Assembly: GCA_963693365.1 (NCBI GenBank)
Contig: CAVNZM010000012.1
Coordinates: 8,994,001-9,058,000 of the forward strand
From: Amoebidium appalachense
Lineage: Eukaryota; Protista; Ichthyosporea
Length of the DNA stretch: 64,000 bases
Reading direction: 5' to 3'
The position numbers and the translations under genes are program-made. Shown piece by piece: positions 13,478 to 62,082 of the stretch. The notes beneath the pieces were generated by a model. The model saw only the letters and a program-made list of their open reading frames with translations. It was not told the DNA's origin and did no database searches. The number at the start of each line of letters is the position of its first letter. The stretch's first letter is position 1.

Positions 13478-15134
13478 GGTCTGTGTGTGGGGATGTGTTT
13501 GTGTGTGTGTGTGTGGGGGGGGGGGGGGAGGGGCAGGGGGTAGGGTAGGGGGTGTTTAAAGATTGCGTGTGCAAGGGATGGTAGTCAACTCCACTAAAAC
13601 AAAAAGCAAAGCAAAGGATGCCGTCGCAATCCAAAAATTTCGATAAGATCCGGCACCAAACAGTTGTAACCAAAACAAGGAGCAGCAACCAGCCCTCCGG
13701 CCGCAGCATCACTCACAAATCTAGGTACGGATCTTGTCTGTTTCACTCTTCTTCTTTCTGTGGTGCGTCAATACCATGTTCGACCAAACATGATTTGGTT
13801 TACTTTGAGTAACTAATGTAGATTCACATACTCTTAGAGCACACGTCTACTTGAATTTCTTTTTCTAACCACTTCTGTCTCCTTCAAGTATACCGATGCC
13901 AGACCAATGTGTGGGCGTTCCATGTACACCATCTAGACCGTTACACGTTTCAATCTACCAACCTCGAAAAGAGGATCCAGGGTATATTCAGAGCAAAGTA
14001 TGAAGAGTATCAGCAGAAAAGGGGAACATACGCAGTATAGGCCTTTTGGCAGAGAACTGGCAAAACCGGGAGGAAGCCAGAACGAACAAAACACTGCCTG
14101 CCAAAAAAAAAAAATCTGAAACCAGCGGAAACACACTTATGTATATGTCGCGCAGAGATCCAATCAAGTTTATAGAGTTTTACATCTTGTGATAATTAGG
14201 CAATAGGTGTACGGTGTGGTTGTTTACGATGTTATCATGAGACTCGGAATGTGAAGAAAAGGTGTTTAATTTTGCATTTTTGTGTACAAAAACCACAATA
14301 AATCATATAATTTATCATTTTTCTATAAATACAGCAATTTATAGGTTAAAATGTTTTGAAATAGAGAATATCAGGTCTCTTATACCTTGTACACACCTCG
14401 CACGTGTGTATCGGTCGATTCCATACACCAATCAAAATTATACACAAAACATTCCACCACCACGCAATTTTCCGCCCGTGTACCGATTCTGATTAGCTAT
14501 TCCCGGACATCTTTTGATGGTTCGAGAACAGGCCACCAATCAGAGCGAGGGAAGGAAGATTGTCGACTTTCTTGACTGCATCTTACGTAGGACATTTTTC
14601 ACTATGATTTTGTTAGTTCTTTTATAAATACACATTTTCTGTATCTATAAATTCTACAGATGGCATCACTGTGTATGAGAAACATCTATATTTATTTACT
14701 TCAACACTTTCAAAGTTTCAGCTTACATATTTTTTTTCTGAACATGCGCGCGATTGGCCGGGCGTCAACCCAATCGCTCGCCCACATCTTGAAAAAAAGC
14801 GCGCCAAGTTGAAGCCGCCCACTGCCCAGGCGACCAGACAACCAAACGAGCTGAGAGAAAATGGTGATGTTCGCGTCAACGTCGAGAAAGGCCGCAAACA
14901 CAAAATCATTTCCAACGTAGCAACGAATACATGTTTATGGCAGCCAGATACACTATAATTGCAGAAAATCCTTCAGTCTAGGTTACACATTGACCATGAT
15001 GCTCTGATTACATAAGCATGTCAGACGCCATGGGCACCACAATACCGGATCCTCATGATATTGCCAACCTACCCCCCCCCTCCCCCCAAAACAACCACCA
15101 CCAACACCACATACATATGCGCGCGCACGCAGGC

Positions 15135-21580
<6,446 letters not shown>

Positions 21581-22389
21581 GGTTCCGGAGCAATGAAGCA
21601 AATGCAGAGTGTTTGCTTTGTTAGATCCTCAAAGCTCCTCGACACCCCAGGAATAATGGCCACAACAAACGACCAACAAATGCAAATGCTGAGCCGAGCG
21701 CCAATAGCTGTGTAAAACAAACAATTAAGTGAAGTGTCTTGTGTGCATTTATTGCAAGGCTATTGTTAGTACGTGTGGTTTATGATTAACTGAGTAAATC
21801 ACAGCGAATTATTAGGTGCTTTTGGAGTGCAGCGGTACGGTACAGCTGGAAGGATAAGATTTACGCAGGTATTACACAGACAGTTGCTCAGGCAAAAAAC
21901 ACTATCTTCCAAAACTAGTGGTGCACGTGTAAACCAGTGAATGCTAATACGTCCGTTGAATCATTAGAAGCTTTCAAACCGAAGCTATATGTGTGCGCGG
22001 TCTCGAGCGCGCGCGGGACGCACTGCGTGGTGTTGCGAGCTGGTACCGGTGGTGTTGTGAAACACCGGCTGTTGAGCAGAAAAACGGCGACCGGCAGCAC
22101 CAGATTTAAAGCCAATCAAACAAACCTATCATCATACTTACGTAAGACAGCGCCAACAACGCCTCACGACATATGCCCATATATGGTAAAATTGATGCCC
22201 ATATTTGCACCCGATCATCTCTCGGATTCTCTCCACGGGCTCCAAGGTGGCACTTTTCTGGGTGTGCGTGCAACAACAAAAAAGAACAAAAAAAAACAAA
22301 AAAAAACAAAAAAAAACGTAAGAAAGCTCTGTAGGCTCCCTTCTATATATCAAACAGTTTATATTTTTTCCCTAATACCACCAAACAAA
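21581..22389. promoter_or_regulatory. Probable bidirectional promoter region between the F-box and V-ATPase c genes
   Basis: Divergent ATGs about 810 bp apart. The region lacks microsatellites, has a CpG-rich patch and a CCAAT near 22112. Confidence 0.4.
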
Positions 22390-23934
22390 ATGTCTACCAT
22401 TGACACTGACAAGTGCCCGTACTACGCGCCGTTCTTCGGTGCCATGGGCGCAGCCTCCGCCATGGTGTTTGCTGGTGAGTTGACTACTTTACGGGATGGT
22501 TTTTTTTTTTTTTCCCCTCCCGGGTTACGCCGGGGATTGGAAAGAAGTGGAGTGTAGCTACGGTCCCAGCTAATTATTATTGCATTAAGCTTTGTGTGAT
22601 GTTGGTGCCAATGTGCACACATCTGTGTGTGAGCAACTGCTTGAGTAGGTCCCAGGCTTTGGGGTGTCTGCTATTGTACTTGCCTGAGATTGCACGAACC
22701 TTAGCAAACCTCTGTCCTCCAAACGTTTTTTTTCCCTCTCTGCCTCTTAAACACCGCAATTTCTACTCCCTACGTTCTTCACAATAATCTATGCTCACAC
22801 TTCGTAAGATGGTTGTGTGTAGACAATCATCAGTTGCGTGTAAAGCCTTCTTGCCCCGGCCAAGTTTCAGTTGGGAGTGTCTTTAATCTTTATTCAAAGG
22901 GCATCTGGACACTACGTTTGAAACCGTCTCTCTTACTGCTGTCTTTATACCGACAATGCACACTCTTCTCCCCCCTAACAGTCCCCTGGCATTTCCTTTA
23001 CTGAGTGTTGGGCATCTCCCTGTGAAGACCACTAGACCATTCCTTTCTAATCTTAATCAAGACGGGTTGACCTTCCCAAGTTCGGTTGCTGCTGCTGTCT
23101 GAGTTGGAGAGTCGTATATTTGCGGGCTAATGGGTCGAAACTCAGACGCAATTGATGACTTGGGCCCTCCCTGAGGATGGGCTCTGCTTATGACGCATAC
23201 TGTGCGCATGGCTGATGTTGCATACTTGAATGTTTGCATTTGCATGTGTCCTTCGTGTATGCGTACTTCGTGCCGTGTTCCGCATTCAAACCCCCCCCCC
23301 CCCCCCCCCCCCCCTTCTCTCCCGCTCTCCCGAAGGATAGTGTGGGAACACGTGTCGTTGTCGAAACCTGATTGTTTGTGGAGGAATAGGGACCCCACTG
23401 CCGATGATCTTTGTTCAAGTACCTCCTGCCCTCCCCCCCCCCCCCCCCCCCCCCCCCCTTCCATTCCCTCGCCTTCCAGTGGGCCTTGCTACAGTGAGAC
23501 ACACATTTTACGTTCTTTTTGTATCATTCGTATTTCTCGAGCTTATCCTGTTGTTTACCCTCGTACCCCACACTGTTGCTCCCAATATCCTCCCCCCTCC
23601 CCCGGGGTCGAAAATCAGACGCAATTGATGACTTGGGCCCTCCCTAAGGATGGGCTCTGCCTATGACGCATACTGTGCGCATGGCTGATGTTGCATACTT
23701 GAATGTTTGCCTTTGCATGTGTCCTGCACTATGCTTCTCATCGTGTATGCGTACTTCGTACCGTGTTCCCCATTCAACCCCCCCCTCCCCCCCCCCCCCC
23801 CATATGCACGAAGACTGGCAGCTCTTCACGGTGCACAAGCAGGACACCTTAACATCGAATCCCTCTTGTGCACTGTGAATGAGTCCTCCCCCTTCCCTTC
23901 CCTTCCCCCCTCCTCTTTCTTCGGAGGGCCCCCT

Positions 23935-23973
<39 letters not shown>

Positions 23974-24056
23974 AACCCAAAAAAAAACCGGTGCCCTCTT
24001 CACTTCAACAAGGAAACACACACACACACGTACGCACACGTACCCTCCCCCCCCCC

Positions 24057-24087
<31 letters not shown>

Positions 24088-24390
24088 ACATACTGAAACC
24101 CCCCCCCCCCTCCTCCTCCCCCCCCCCCCCCCATCCCCCCCCCATCCCCCCCACCCCCTCCCCCCACACCCACAGCGTTTGGTGCCGCATACGGCACGGC
24201 CAAGAGCGGCACGGGTATTGCTGCCATGGCTGTTATGCGGCCTGAGCTGATCATGAAGAGCATTGTGCCCGTGGTCATGGCCGGTATTATTGGTATCTAC
24301 GGTCTGGTCGTGGCCGTGCTGATTGGCCAGGGCATGAAGGAGGGCGACTACTCCCTGTTCAAGTGCGTATAAAAAAATTAATCCCCCCCC

Positions 24391-24421
<31 letters not shown>

Positions 24422-25356
24422 CCCTTTCCCCCTCACACACACACACGCACACACGTACACACACACATACACTCACACACACACACATGCACACATGCAA
24501 ACTGGTTCTTTATCAAACACGTAATCCCCCCCTCCCCCCCCCCCCCAACAAAAAAAAAACCCCCACCCCACCCACCCCCACCCCAGCCCCCAGAAACCCA
24601 TAATGCACAAGGCATTAACCCCCCCCCCCCCCCCCCCCCTCGTTTAAAACTGAGGGTACTATGGATGACTTTGCGCCACCTTGAGGATGGGCTGTGTTTA
24701 TGATGCATACTCTTTGCACTCTGAATTCTGTTGACCCTTTTTGACTGTGCTTCGTTCGTTACAAACCATTCACTAAACACTGTAAGCCCTTCTCTCCCCG
24801 TGCACACAGAAAGGGGGGCAAGAAAGGAATACATGCACATGCACACACTCTCCATGTATTGCCACTTGTCCATCAGCCATGGATTGTTCCAGAACTTCAC
24901 CACCTTTTTAACCACGTGACCCACACTGTCGTGTTAACCACGTGACCCACACTGTCCCCCCCTGAGATTTACATTTTCGCCGAGCCCCCACAGAAATCTA
25001 CCCTTTCACACTTACCCCATCTGAATTATACATTCCCACTCACCCTCCTTGCCTGAGATTTAAATTAACACATGATACCAGTCTAAATAATCTACATTTC
25101 CACTGACCCCCCTGAAATTTCTATTTGCAGGAGCATGAACGACCTTGCCGCTGGTCTCTCCGTGGGTCTTGCCGGTCTTGCGGCCGGATTTGCCATCGGC
25201 ATTGTTGGTGACAGCGGGGTCCGAGGCACGGCACAGCAGCCACGACTTTTCGTGGGCATGATTCTGATTCTGATTTTCGCTGAGGTGTTGGGGCTCTATG
25301 GTATGATTGTGGCTCTGATTTTGAGCTCTAAGAGCAGTGGTAGCTGTGCAAAGTAA
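22390..25356 (+). CDS. ATP6V0C: V-type H+-ATPase 16-kDa proteolipid subunit c, 3 exons, 165 aa
   Basis: Exons 22390-22474, 24176-24362 and 25131-25356 total 498 nt. Motifs [51 protein letters not shown] with the proton-carrying Glu. Confidence 0.97.
23057..23290 (+). mobile_element. Diverged copy of the structured repeat family (full core plus 3' module); a second partial copy lies at 23603-23778
   Basis: TCAAGACGGG...TCTGAGTTGG...GGGTCGAAACTC...GATGACTTGGGCCC...CTGAGGATGGGCTCTGC...CATTCAAAC followed by poly(C). Confidence 0.82.
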
Positions 25357-25594
25357 AAAAAAGAAAAAAAAAAAGGAAAAATGGCGGTGGGGAGGTGGTG
25401 GTGGTGTGGTGGGAAGGCCATGGGAGAGTAGTGTTGTTAACGGAGTATATAGGTTGCTGGGCAAAAATATAATAAAAACATTTGTGTACGTGCTTGGCGG
25501 ATGCCTGGTGTCCACTGGCCTGTTTCGTCCGGTTGGATGGCGGTCTGGGCGTGTGTGACATGCATGAGTGTACGTGGTGGCATAGATAGTGATG

Positions 25595-25673
<79 letters not shown>

Positions 25674-26489
25674 TGTGTGTGTGTGTGTGTGTGTGTGTGG
25701 TGTTTGTGTGTGTGTAATGATTTTTTTTTTTTTTTTTTGGTGGTGGAGGTGGTTGGTGGTGGTGGTGGTGTGGGTGTGTGGGGGGTTGGGAGAGGGGGGG
25801 GGGGGGGGGGGGGGGGTTCTCGATGCCGGGGAAACCATATCAGTGTGACATTGCCGCTGTTTGGGGGTGAAGGCGATGGAAAGGGAGGGGATGGACGGCA
25901 TGACTAAGAGCATAAAGATAGTCATGGGGTCAAGGTGGGAAGGTGGGGGCCAGAGAAGGGGGTGGGGGTGGATTTTTTCTTTTTCTTTTTTGGTTCCGGG
26001 GTGTTTCTAGATGGGCGTGGTTCCGGCCCCCCCCTTGGGGGGAGTCTTTTGCGCAAGTTTTGTGCAATAACGACAAGGCGCAATCATTGCGATTAATAGC
26101 TATGCCGCTGAGCCGCTGCCGGTCCGCCGAGTATGAGACCGCCAGACAGTCAAGAAGGGAGCTGCTATAGCTACCTTCTGAGGAAGCTCTTATTTTTCAA
26201 GGAGACGCGGACGACCGTCACGGAAAGCGGCTGATCACGTGACTCACCTACTTAAAAAAAAAAGATAGAATTAGTGGTTTTACTGGATCCGGAAACGATT
26301 GATAACGTGCCTTTGAGAATAGCTATTTAGGCAGCGTAGGCTCAGAACGTACGACGGCTAGAGGGCACTATCAGGACGTGCAGGCTAGGAGCTAGATAGG
26401 TTGGGTAGGTTAGGGGGTAGGATAGGTTGCGGACAGCGCAGGCCACTAGTGCAGTAGGGAAGTAGCTTCAGGAGAGCAGGGCAGCAAGA

Positions 26490-45208
<18,719 letters not shown>

Positions 45209-45548
45209 TGGTGTCGGCTTGGAGTAACATGCATACACACGTGTGTGTGCAATGCATGGGCACAGGGCACCACACATGTGCACATATGTCTCGTGCAAAC
45301 TAGGTGTGCACACGCATCGAAACCCAGTGATGCACACACACATGCACACGTACGTATACCTGGCACAGCAAGTGCATGGGCTGGTCCCATACATGGTTTG
45401 GTCACATATCAGTCGGGTGGCACACCACCTCCCATAGCTATACGCCCATCAATGAAACATGGCCCTGCTGGCAGGGTTATTCTAATAGCTCCCTCCATTT
45501 GTGCCATACATACCCATGATACGTATATGCCTCATATGCTATGGGGTC

Positions 45549-45583
<35 letters not shown>

Positions 45584-46094
45584 AGGCAACCAAATGCAAC
45601 ACGCAAGCATGGCAGGCATAAATTTCTTCACAGAGACTGGCAGAGGCTAAAAGCTCACCGAGTATGCTGTGGCCCTTCAACAGTTTTATCGGCCATGCAA
45701 CACACATGTGTGCATACTTGTGGCAGGCAATGTCGGCGGCTAAGGTGGTTCGTTCCTGATGCGCCTATGTATTTGCAAAAATACTTTCGAAAGGTTATTA
45801 CAGTCTAGATACCAAATCCCAGCCGGCAACTTTCCTTCGGATTTTGTGTTGTTACATCCCATATACATGCCATTCATGCGTCATCAACAAATGCGCTCAT
45901 TGTTGTGTTCTCGCTCCCGTAAGCACATCAGGCCACAACCATACATGCATTGCACACAAGCAGGATAGCTCATGACTAGAACATAATTGGGCCTAGTAGT
46001 ACTGGACACATATGGACAAAGTGTTAGGGTGCACTGGTACCGATTATGCTTCATCTCACACATTCTGAATCCTAACATGCGTACACGTCCATAC

Positions 46095-56184
<10,090 letters not shown>

Positions 56185-56864
56185 AGTCGCTACTGGTTCT
56201 TCACAAGCAGACTGAGTTCATTTCCATGTTTTCTCCTGCTAATGTTTGTGAAATATATCCTACTACCTCCCGGTTCTGTGCTTTTCTTGCTTGTAAAGCA
56301 ACGCCCATGCGAATCCTTGGCAAAAGATGTAAACCAGGTGTGCTGTTGCTCGGATGTTGCTTGGTTGGCGCTATCCGTAGACACTAGTAATCAGCTTTGG
56401 CGCAAGGCAAACGCTTAAGAATACTCTTCTAAAAGCTATAAGCTATACATACGTAAGCCAAGCCCTATCCGTGACACACATCCTTTGCATGCATCCTTGG
56501 CACCTGCGTTTTTCGTGCTGACGTTTGGAGTCGGAGCGAGTCGATGATTTTTTGTGTTTGCCGCCAAAAGGATTAGGGTTACGTAAGTGGTGAGCGAGGA
56601 ACCAATCAAAACCTTATTACGTAATCCCAAGCCTCGGGCTTGAACTTCTGAGGTGGGCAAGCATACCTGGGGTTTACGCTGTTTACTCGAGGCAAAGAGA
56701 ACCAGTCTCAGGTATGGGGGGGGGGGGGTTTGCTCGGAATATCCCCTCAGCGGTATATCATGATCACGTACATAGATGTCGGGTGGTGACTATATATCAG
56801 GGTTTACTTTCTCTACGAGACACCATAAAGACTACAAGGAGAAATCAATTAGTTGGGGTTCCCC

Positions 56865-56914
<50 letters not shown>

Positions 56915-56978
56915 TTTTTTTAATTTTAATTTTAATTTTTTTAAAGGGGCTTCCCTCGGGACACTCGGTATCAGCTGG

Positions 56979-57049
<71 letters not shown>

Positions 57050-57063
57050 TGTGTGTGTGTGCG

Positions 57064-60000
57064 CTATAATTTTGTAGTGATGTGTTTCTCAAGCCAATCA
57101 ATACATCTAATAAACAGGTCGTAGTTACGCGTGTTTAGTATAAAATCAAGGATGTTGTAATTTACAGGTAGGCTATCTTTCTGGGTGTCTGTTGTGAATG
57201 TGACGTGTGTGTGTTGCGGTATTATGTGGTCTATCAAACTACATTTGGCGATACATGACCGGTTAAACTGGTGTGTGTGTGTGTTGTTTGGGCATGCAAA
57301 TGATGCCACCTTATACTTATTAGATCTCCACTGTATAGCACGTGTACAGTAAAAGCGTGGTAATTGATCAATAATACCATCAGCTAGAGAAAGACCAGTT
57401 CTACAGGAAGGTAATATGTATTTAGGTGTTATACACTTGCGAGTGCCATATTTGGCAATATGGTTGAGGCGGTCAGTATATATAAAACGAGACATAAGGC
57501 TTAGTTTTTCAAGGTGTATGCTTTCATCGGGTCTAGTGTCGTGTGGTATCTTTTTCCATTTGTTATATTGCGTGATTATCTTGTGATTGTGTACATGTTT
57601 AATAAGTAAGTGGCAGTCCAAAGTCACACACACACTATTGCGGGGTTTATTTGTATTTGTGCCCAGGGGAGAAGGGGAGAGAGAGGGGAGGAAAGGAGGA
57701 AAGAGGGGAGAGGTGAGGAGGGGACAGGTCGGATAGAGAAGAGAGGGTGGGAGGGCAAATACTTCTTTAAGCGGCTTATGTGCTTATTGAATTTCAGCGC
57801 GAGATAGGATACTCTAGCAGCTATTGGGACCAGACCATATATCGAGAGCGTTACAGGCCCAGGTTTACAACAGTTGTTAGATAGAAAGGAGGCAACTTCT
57901 GCTTCAAGGAAATTTGCCAAGGGTTTAAGCGCTCTAGTTCTCTCTTTCTTGATCCAAGCGGCGAGAAGGGGTAAACCATATTCACATGCCGGGAAGACAA
58001 AAGTGCGAATAAATGTAAGTCTAATAGAAGGATGGAGGGGTGTGTCTTTAAAAATATTAGCCGAGAAGAAAGCTAACCGCTTACGAGCCAACTCTACCCT
58101 CTTTTCGACCATATGGGGAAACATAACACCAACAGAATCAACCGGAACACCAAGATATTTGTATTCTGGAACTATAGGTACAGGTTTAGATGATAATGTA
58201 AATGTGTGTAAATTGTTAGCTATATCAGGTACAAGAACACCACATTTGTCTATGTTAAGGATCATAAGGTTTGCCTTGCACCACTCTGACACTACATCGA
58301 ACAATCTTTGCAGGCGTCTAGGGGTACGGGCAAGGAGGGACAGATCATCAGCATAGAGAAGTGCAGGCGGAAAGTTATTAATAGGGTCATCGTTTTCGGC
58401 GTAAATCTTGACAGCCAAATCATCTATAAATAGGTTAAACAAAAAGGGGCTAAGCAATGAACCCTGCAAGAGACCTCTAGTACGAGCAAAACCATATGAA
58501 AGATGCCCATTAACCACAGCTCTACCATAGGTTTGAGACAAGAGTGCTTCTAACAGAACACCAATGCAGTGTGGTACACCCCGTGCAGCAAGCTTTTCCC
58601 ATAGGAGACCAGGGGAGACAGAATCGTAAGCAGTTTTCCAATCAATAAAGCCAACATATTGTGCACCAACTTGCATAGAATCGTGCAGTGCCATTATTTG
58701 AACATAACATGAATTGTTTTTACGAAAAGCGGATTGGCATGGGTGTATGTGAAGAATAGATTGAAACCTAGGGTGATGTGCAAATAACCTAAGTAAGCAA
58801 GCTTCAAAGAATCTACGAACAACCTGGGTTAGTGTAATGGGGCGAAAGGATGATATGGGGCCCTCAGAGTCCTTCTTAACTATGGGGATCACTAAGGTAT
58901 CTAACCAAGATGACGGGACATGTCCACATTTAACACACCAAGAAAAGAGAGAGCTTAACATGATAGTAAGATCAGGTTTAATAGCACGATCACTTTCCTT
59001 TTGTGGGTAGGAGGGAACAAGGATTTTAAGAAACCCAGCAGGGAGTCCATCAGGTCCACAAGACTTACTAGAGTATCATAGCCTATAACTAGATATCACA
59101 GACCATATGGCATCGGGACTGAAAAAGGGGAGGATCGATTCTATGGGGATAGTGTTGGAAGTAGAGTCCGCTGTGACTAGGGTCGTCGTGGCGCGCTTGG
59201 GCGCTGACCCGTTTTTTACTGCTTTGAGTGTGTTAACTCCATGACTGAACTCCATGACTTAACTCCATGACTTAACTCCATGTCTGCACCTGGCAGAGAC
59301 GTGGCTTATATACCCGTGGGGCAGCAGTCTGGAATGTAATCCGGATGCCAGGCGCTAATCGGATTGGTTACTTTCATTTAGATATCTCTGGGACCAGTGA
59401 ACCAATCGTTTGCAGTCAAAACACAATTGGCAACATTCCTCAACTATGCAGATGTGCATGTGGTGATCGAGTGTCAGCATGTGTCTATGTACACGGAACC
59501 AATTGTAAAGCTAACATACACATATAGTGGAGTGAGCGTAAGTCTGCACTCCAACACCCCTACCCAATTGGAGAAGTGTACACACCACTAGAGAAGAGAG
59601 AGTGAGTGTGGCTGCTTGCAGGGTAGACCGGGGTGTGCATTCCACTGTGGTGCGTGCCCCGCCAATGAAGTGGAATACTTGACGTTGATGTCGCAGGCTG
59701 CTGCGGATGGAGTTTGTGGAAGCGAAAGTCTCTACTTCACGGAAATACGCTCGCGGGTGTAGGGTACAGCCTAGAAGTCGGTTTCTGGGCTCCTCCGTTC
59801 AAGGCGTCGTAGGGGACGTGAAGTTAGAGGCCGCGGTGTCGTGTCTGGGCCCATAACCCTGTTGGAAGTAGAGTCCGCTGTGACTAGGGTCGCCGTGGCG
59901 CGCTTGGGCGCTGACCCGTTTTTTACTGCTTTCAGTGTGTTAACTCCATGACTGAACTCCATTACTGAACTCCATGTCTGCACCTGGCAGAGACGTGGTT

Positions 60001-62082
60001 TATATACCCGTGGGGCAGCAGTCTGGAATGTAATCCGGATGCCAGGCGCTAATCGGATTGGTTACTTTTATTTAGAGATCTCTGGGACCAGTGAACCAAT
60101 CGTTTGCAGTCAAAACACAATTGGCAACATTCCTCAACTATGCAGATGTGCATGTGGTGATCGAGTGTCAGTGTGTGTCTGTGTACACGGAACCAATTGT
60201 AAAGCTAACATACACATATTGTGGAGTGAGCGTAAGTCTGCACTCCAACACCCCTACCCAATTGGAGAAGTGTACACACCACTAGAGAAGAGAGAGTGAG
60301 TGTGGCTACTTGCAGGGTAGACCGGGGTGTGCATTCCACTGTGGTGCTTGCCCCGCCAATGAAGTGGAATACTTGACGTTGATGTCGCAGGCTGCTGCGG
60401 ATGGAGTTTGTGGAAGCGAAAGTCTCTACTTCACGGAAATACGCTCGCGGGTGTAGGGTACAGCCTAGAAGTCGGGTTCTGGCTCCTCCGTTCAAGGCGT
60501 CGTAGGGGACGTGAAGTTAGAGGCCGCGGTGTCGTGTCTGGGCCCATAACCCTGTTGGAAGTAGAGTCCGCTGTGACTAGGGTCGTCGTGGCGCGCTTGG
60601 GCGCTGACCCGTTTTTTACTGCTTTGAGTGTGTTAACTCCATGACTGAACTCCATGACTTAACTCCATGACTTAACTCCATGTCTGCACCTGGCAGAGAC
60701 GTGGCTTATATACCCGTGGGGCAGCAGTCTGGAATGTAATCCGGATGCCAGGCGCTAATCGGATTGGTTACTTTCATTTAGATATCTCTGGGACCAGTGA
60801 ACCAATCGTTTGCAGTCAAAACACAATTGGCAACATTCCTCAACTATGCAGATGTGCATGTGGTGATCGAGTGTCAGCATGTGTCTATGTACACGGAACC
60901 AATTGTAAAGCTAACATACACATATAGTGGAGTGAGCGTAAGTCTGCACTCCAACATAGATGGGTCTACAGGCCACACAATAGGTTTCTGAGCGGGGGTC
61001 CTATCTTTAAACAGTTCCGAGAAATACTTATCAGAGTCTATGAGGGGGTCTCCAGTGGTATCACCAATAATACGAGCAGGGGGGCCAAATCGATTCATAC
61101 TAGCAAGCCGGCGCAAGCTTTCCTTTTGAGACAGGGGTTCACCTAGTCTAGCGGGAGTGGTGTTTGGTAACAAGAGAGCATCGGGATATTCCTTCCTACC
61201 ACCGCCAGCATAATCACCGAGATCTATCAAATCATCAACAATAAAGTTAGTGCATGTATCTAGTACGAGATGTGAATCTGGCCTGGCTTGTGCAGATTCT
61301 AATAGGCGCATATATATAGGGTGTTTCGTAGCATAGCATACACATACATCAACTCTACCCCACTGTGACTTAAGCTGGGATAGACGGAGGCGAAAGGTGG
61401 GAGGGGGAGGGGGGAGCAGATCAAGGGAGATCTTAGGTAGGAAAAGGATAGGAGAGTGGTCAGATGACCTAGAGAGGTTAGGAGGGAGAGAGAGTTTTGA
61501 CATGGTTGATGGCCAAAAGGCCACTCCCCAGTCGGTGTTGTGGGCATGGGATATTTGAGGGAACCGCAAAGTGTGACTTTGGACATACCTTGCTAAAGGG
61601 ATAGCACGCTCCGGGGGCTTAGATGGGTACCCGACACTCACTTGCAGTGTGTCTGTGTGGTGGAGTCGCGTGTTAAAATCACCTAAAATAACAGTGGACA
61701 TTGGTAACTGTGACAACTCGTGAGTCAATTCGACAACCGACATAGATGGTGGGTAATATACAAAAGTAAAAACATTAGAAAGAAACTCTATAGAAACCGA
61801 GAATTCCGTTTTTGCTACCGGTTTGCACTTCACTCTCACGTGTGGTGCGGCAAGTACAATAATGCCTCGGTTTTTCGCGTAACCGGGGTGTGTGGATGTG
61901 TCGACCAATGTAGAGTTGAATTTGTGGTGGTTTTTAAACTGTGTTTCGCAAATCACTGTAAACGTGTGGTTGTTTGTCTGTTGTTGTATGTAGCTGATTT
62001 TATCGTCGAGTGTCCCGGGGGGGAGGCCCTTTTGGGGGCCCAGTGTCCGAGCATTCCAGAAGAAGAAGGATAAATTAGGCAT
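57064..62082 (-). pseudogene. LINE ORF2 (APE endonuclease, RT, Cys/His C-terminus), split by the TRIM, with one stop and one frameshift
   Basis: APE motifs WNARTL, ICET, ILGDFN, SDHSPI. RT motifs SCGPDG, FRPITL, QSAFR, FIDWKTAYDSV, GLLQGSLLSPFLFN, LYADD, YKYLG. In-frame TGA at 59076-59078 and a frameshift in a (TG)n run near 57630. Confidence 0.92.
59153..60956 (-). mobile_element. Tandem-array TRIM (LTR-internal-LTR-internal-LTR), non-coding, with a copia-type PBS
   Basis: LTRs at 59153-59556, 59860-60250 and 60553-60956 with TGTTGGA...TCCAACA ends and ~300-bp internal regions. Minus-strand PBS GGTTATGGGCCCAG follows the LTR and PPT GGGTAGGGG precedes the next LTR. Confidence 0.92.

Noticed and set aside
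59345-60927. Repeated 60-96 aa ORFs in the TRIM
   Set aside because: No retroelement protein motifs, and lengths differ between copies.
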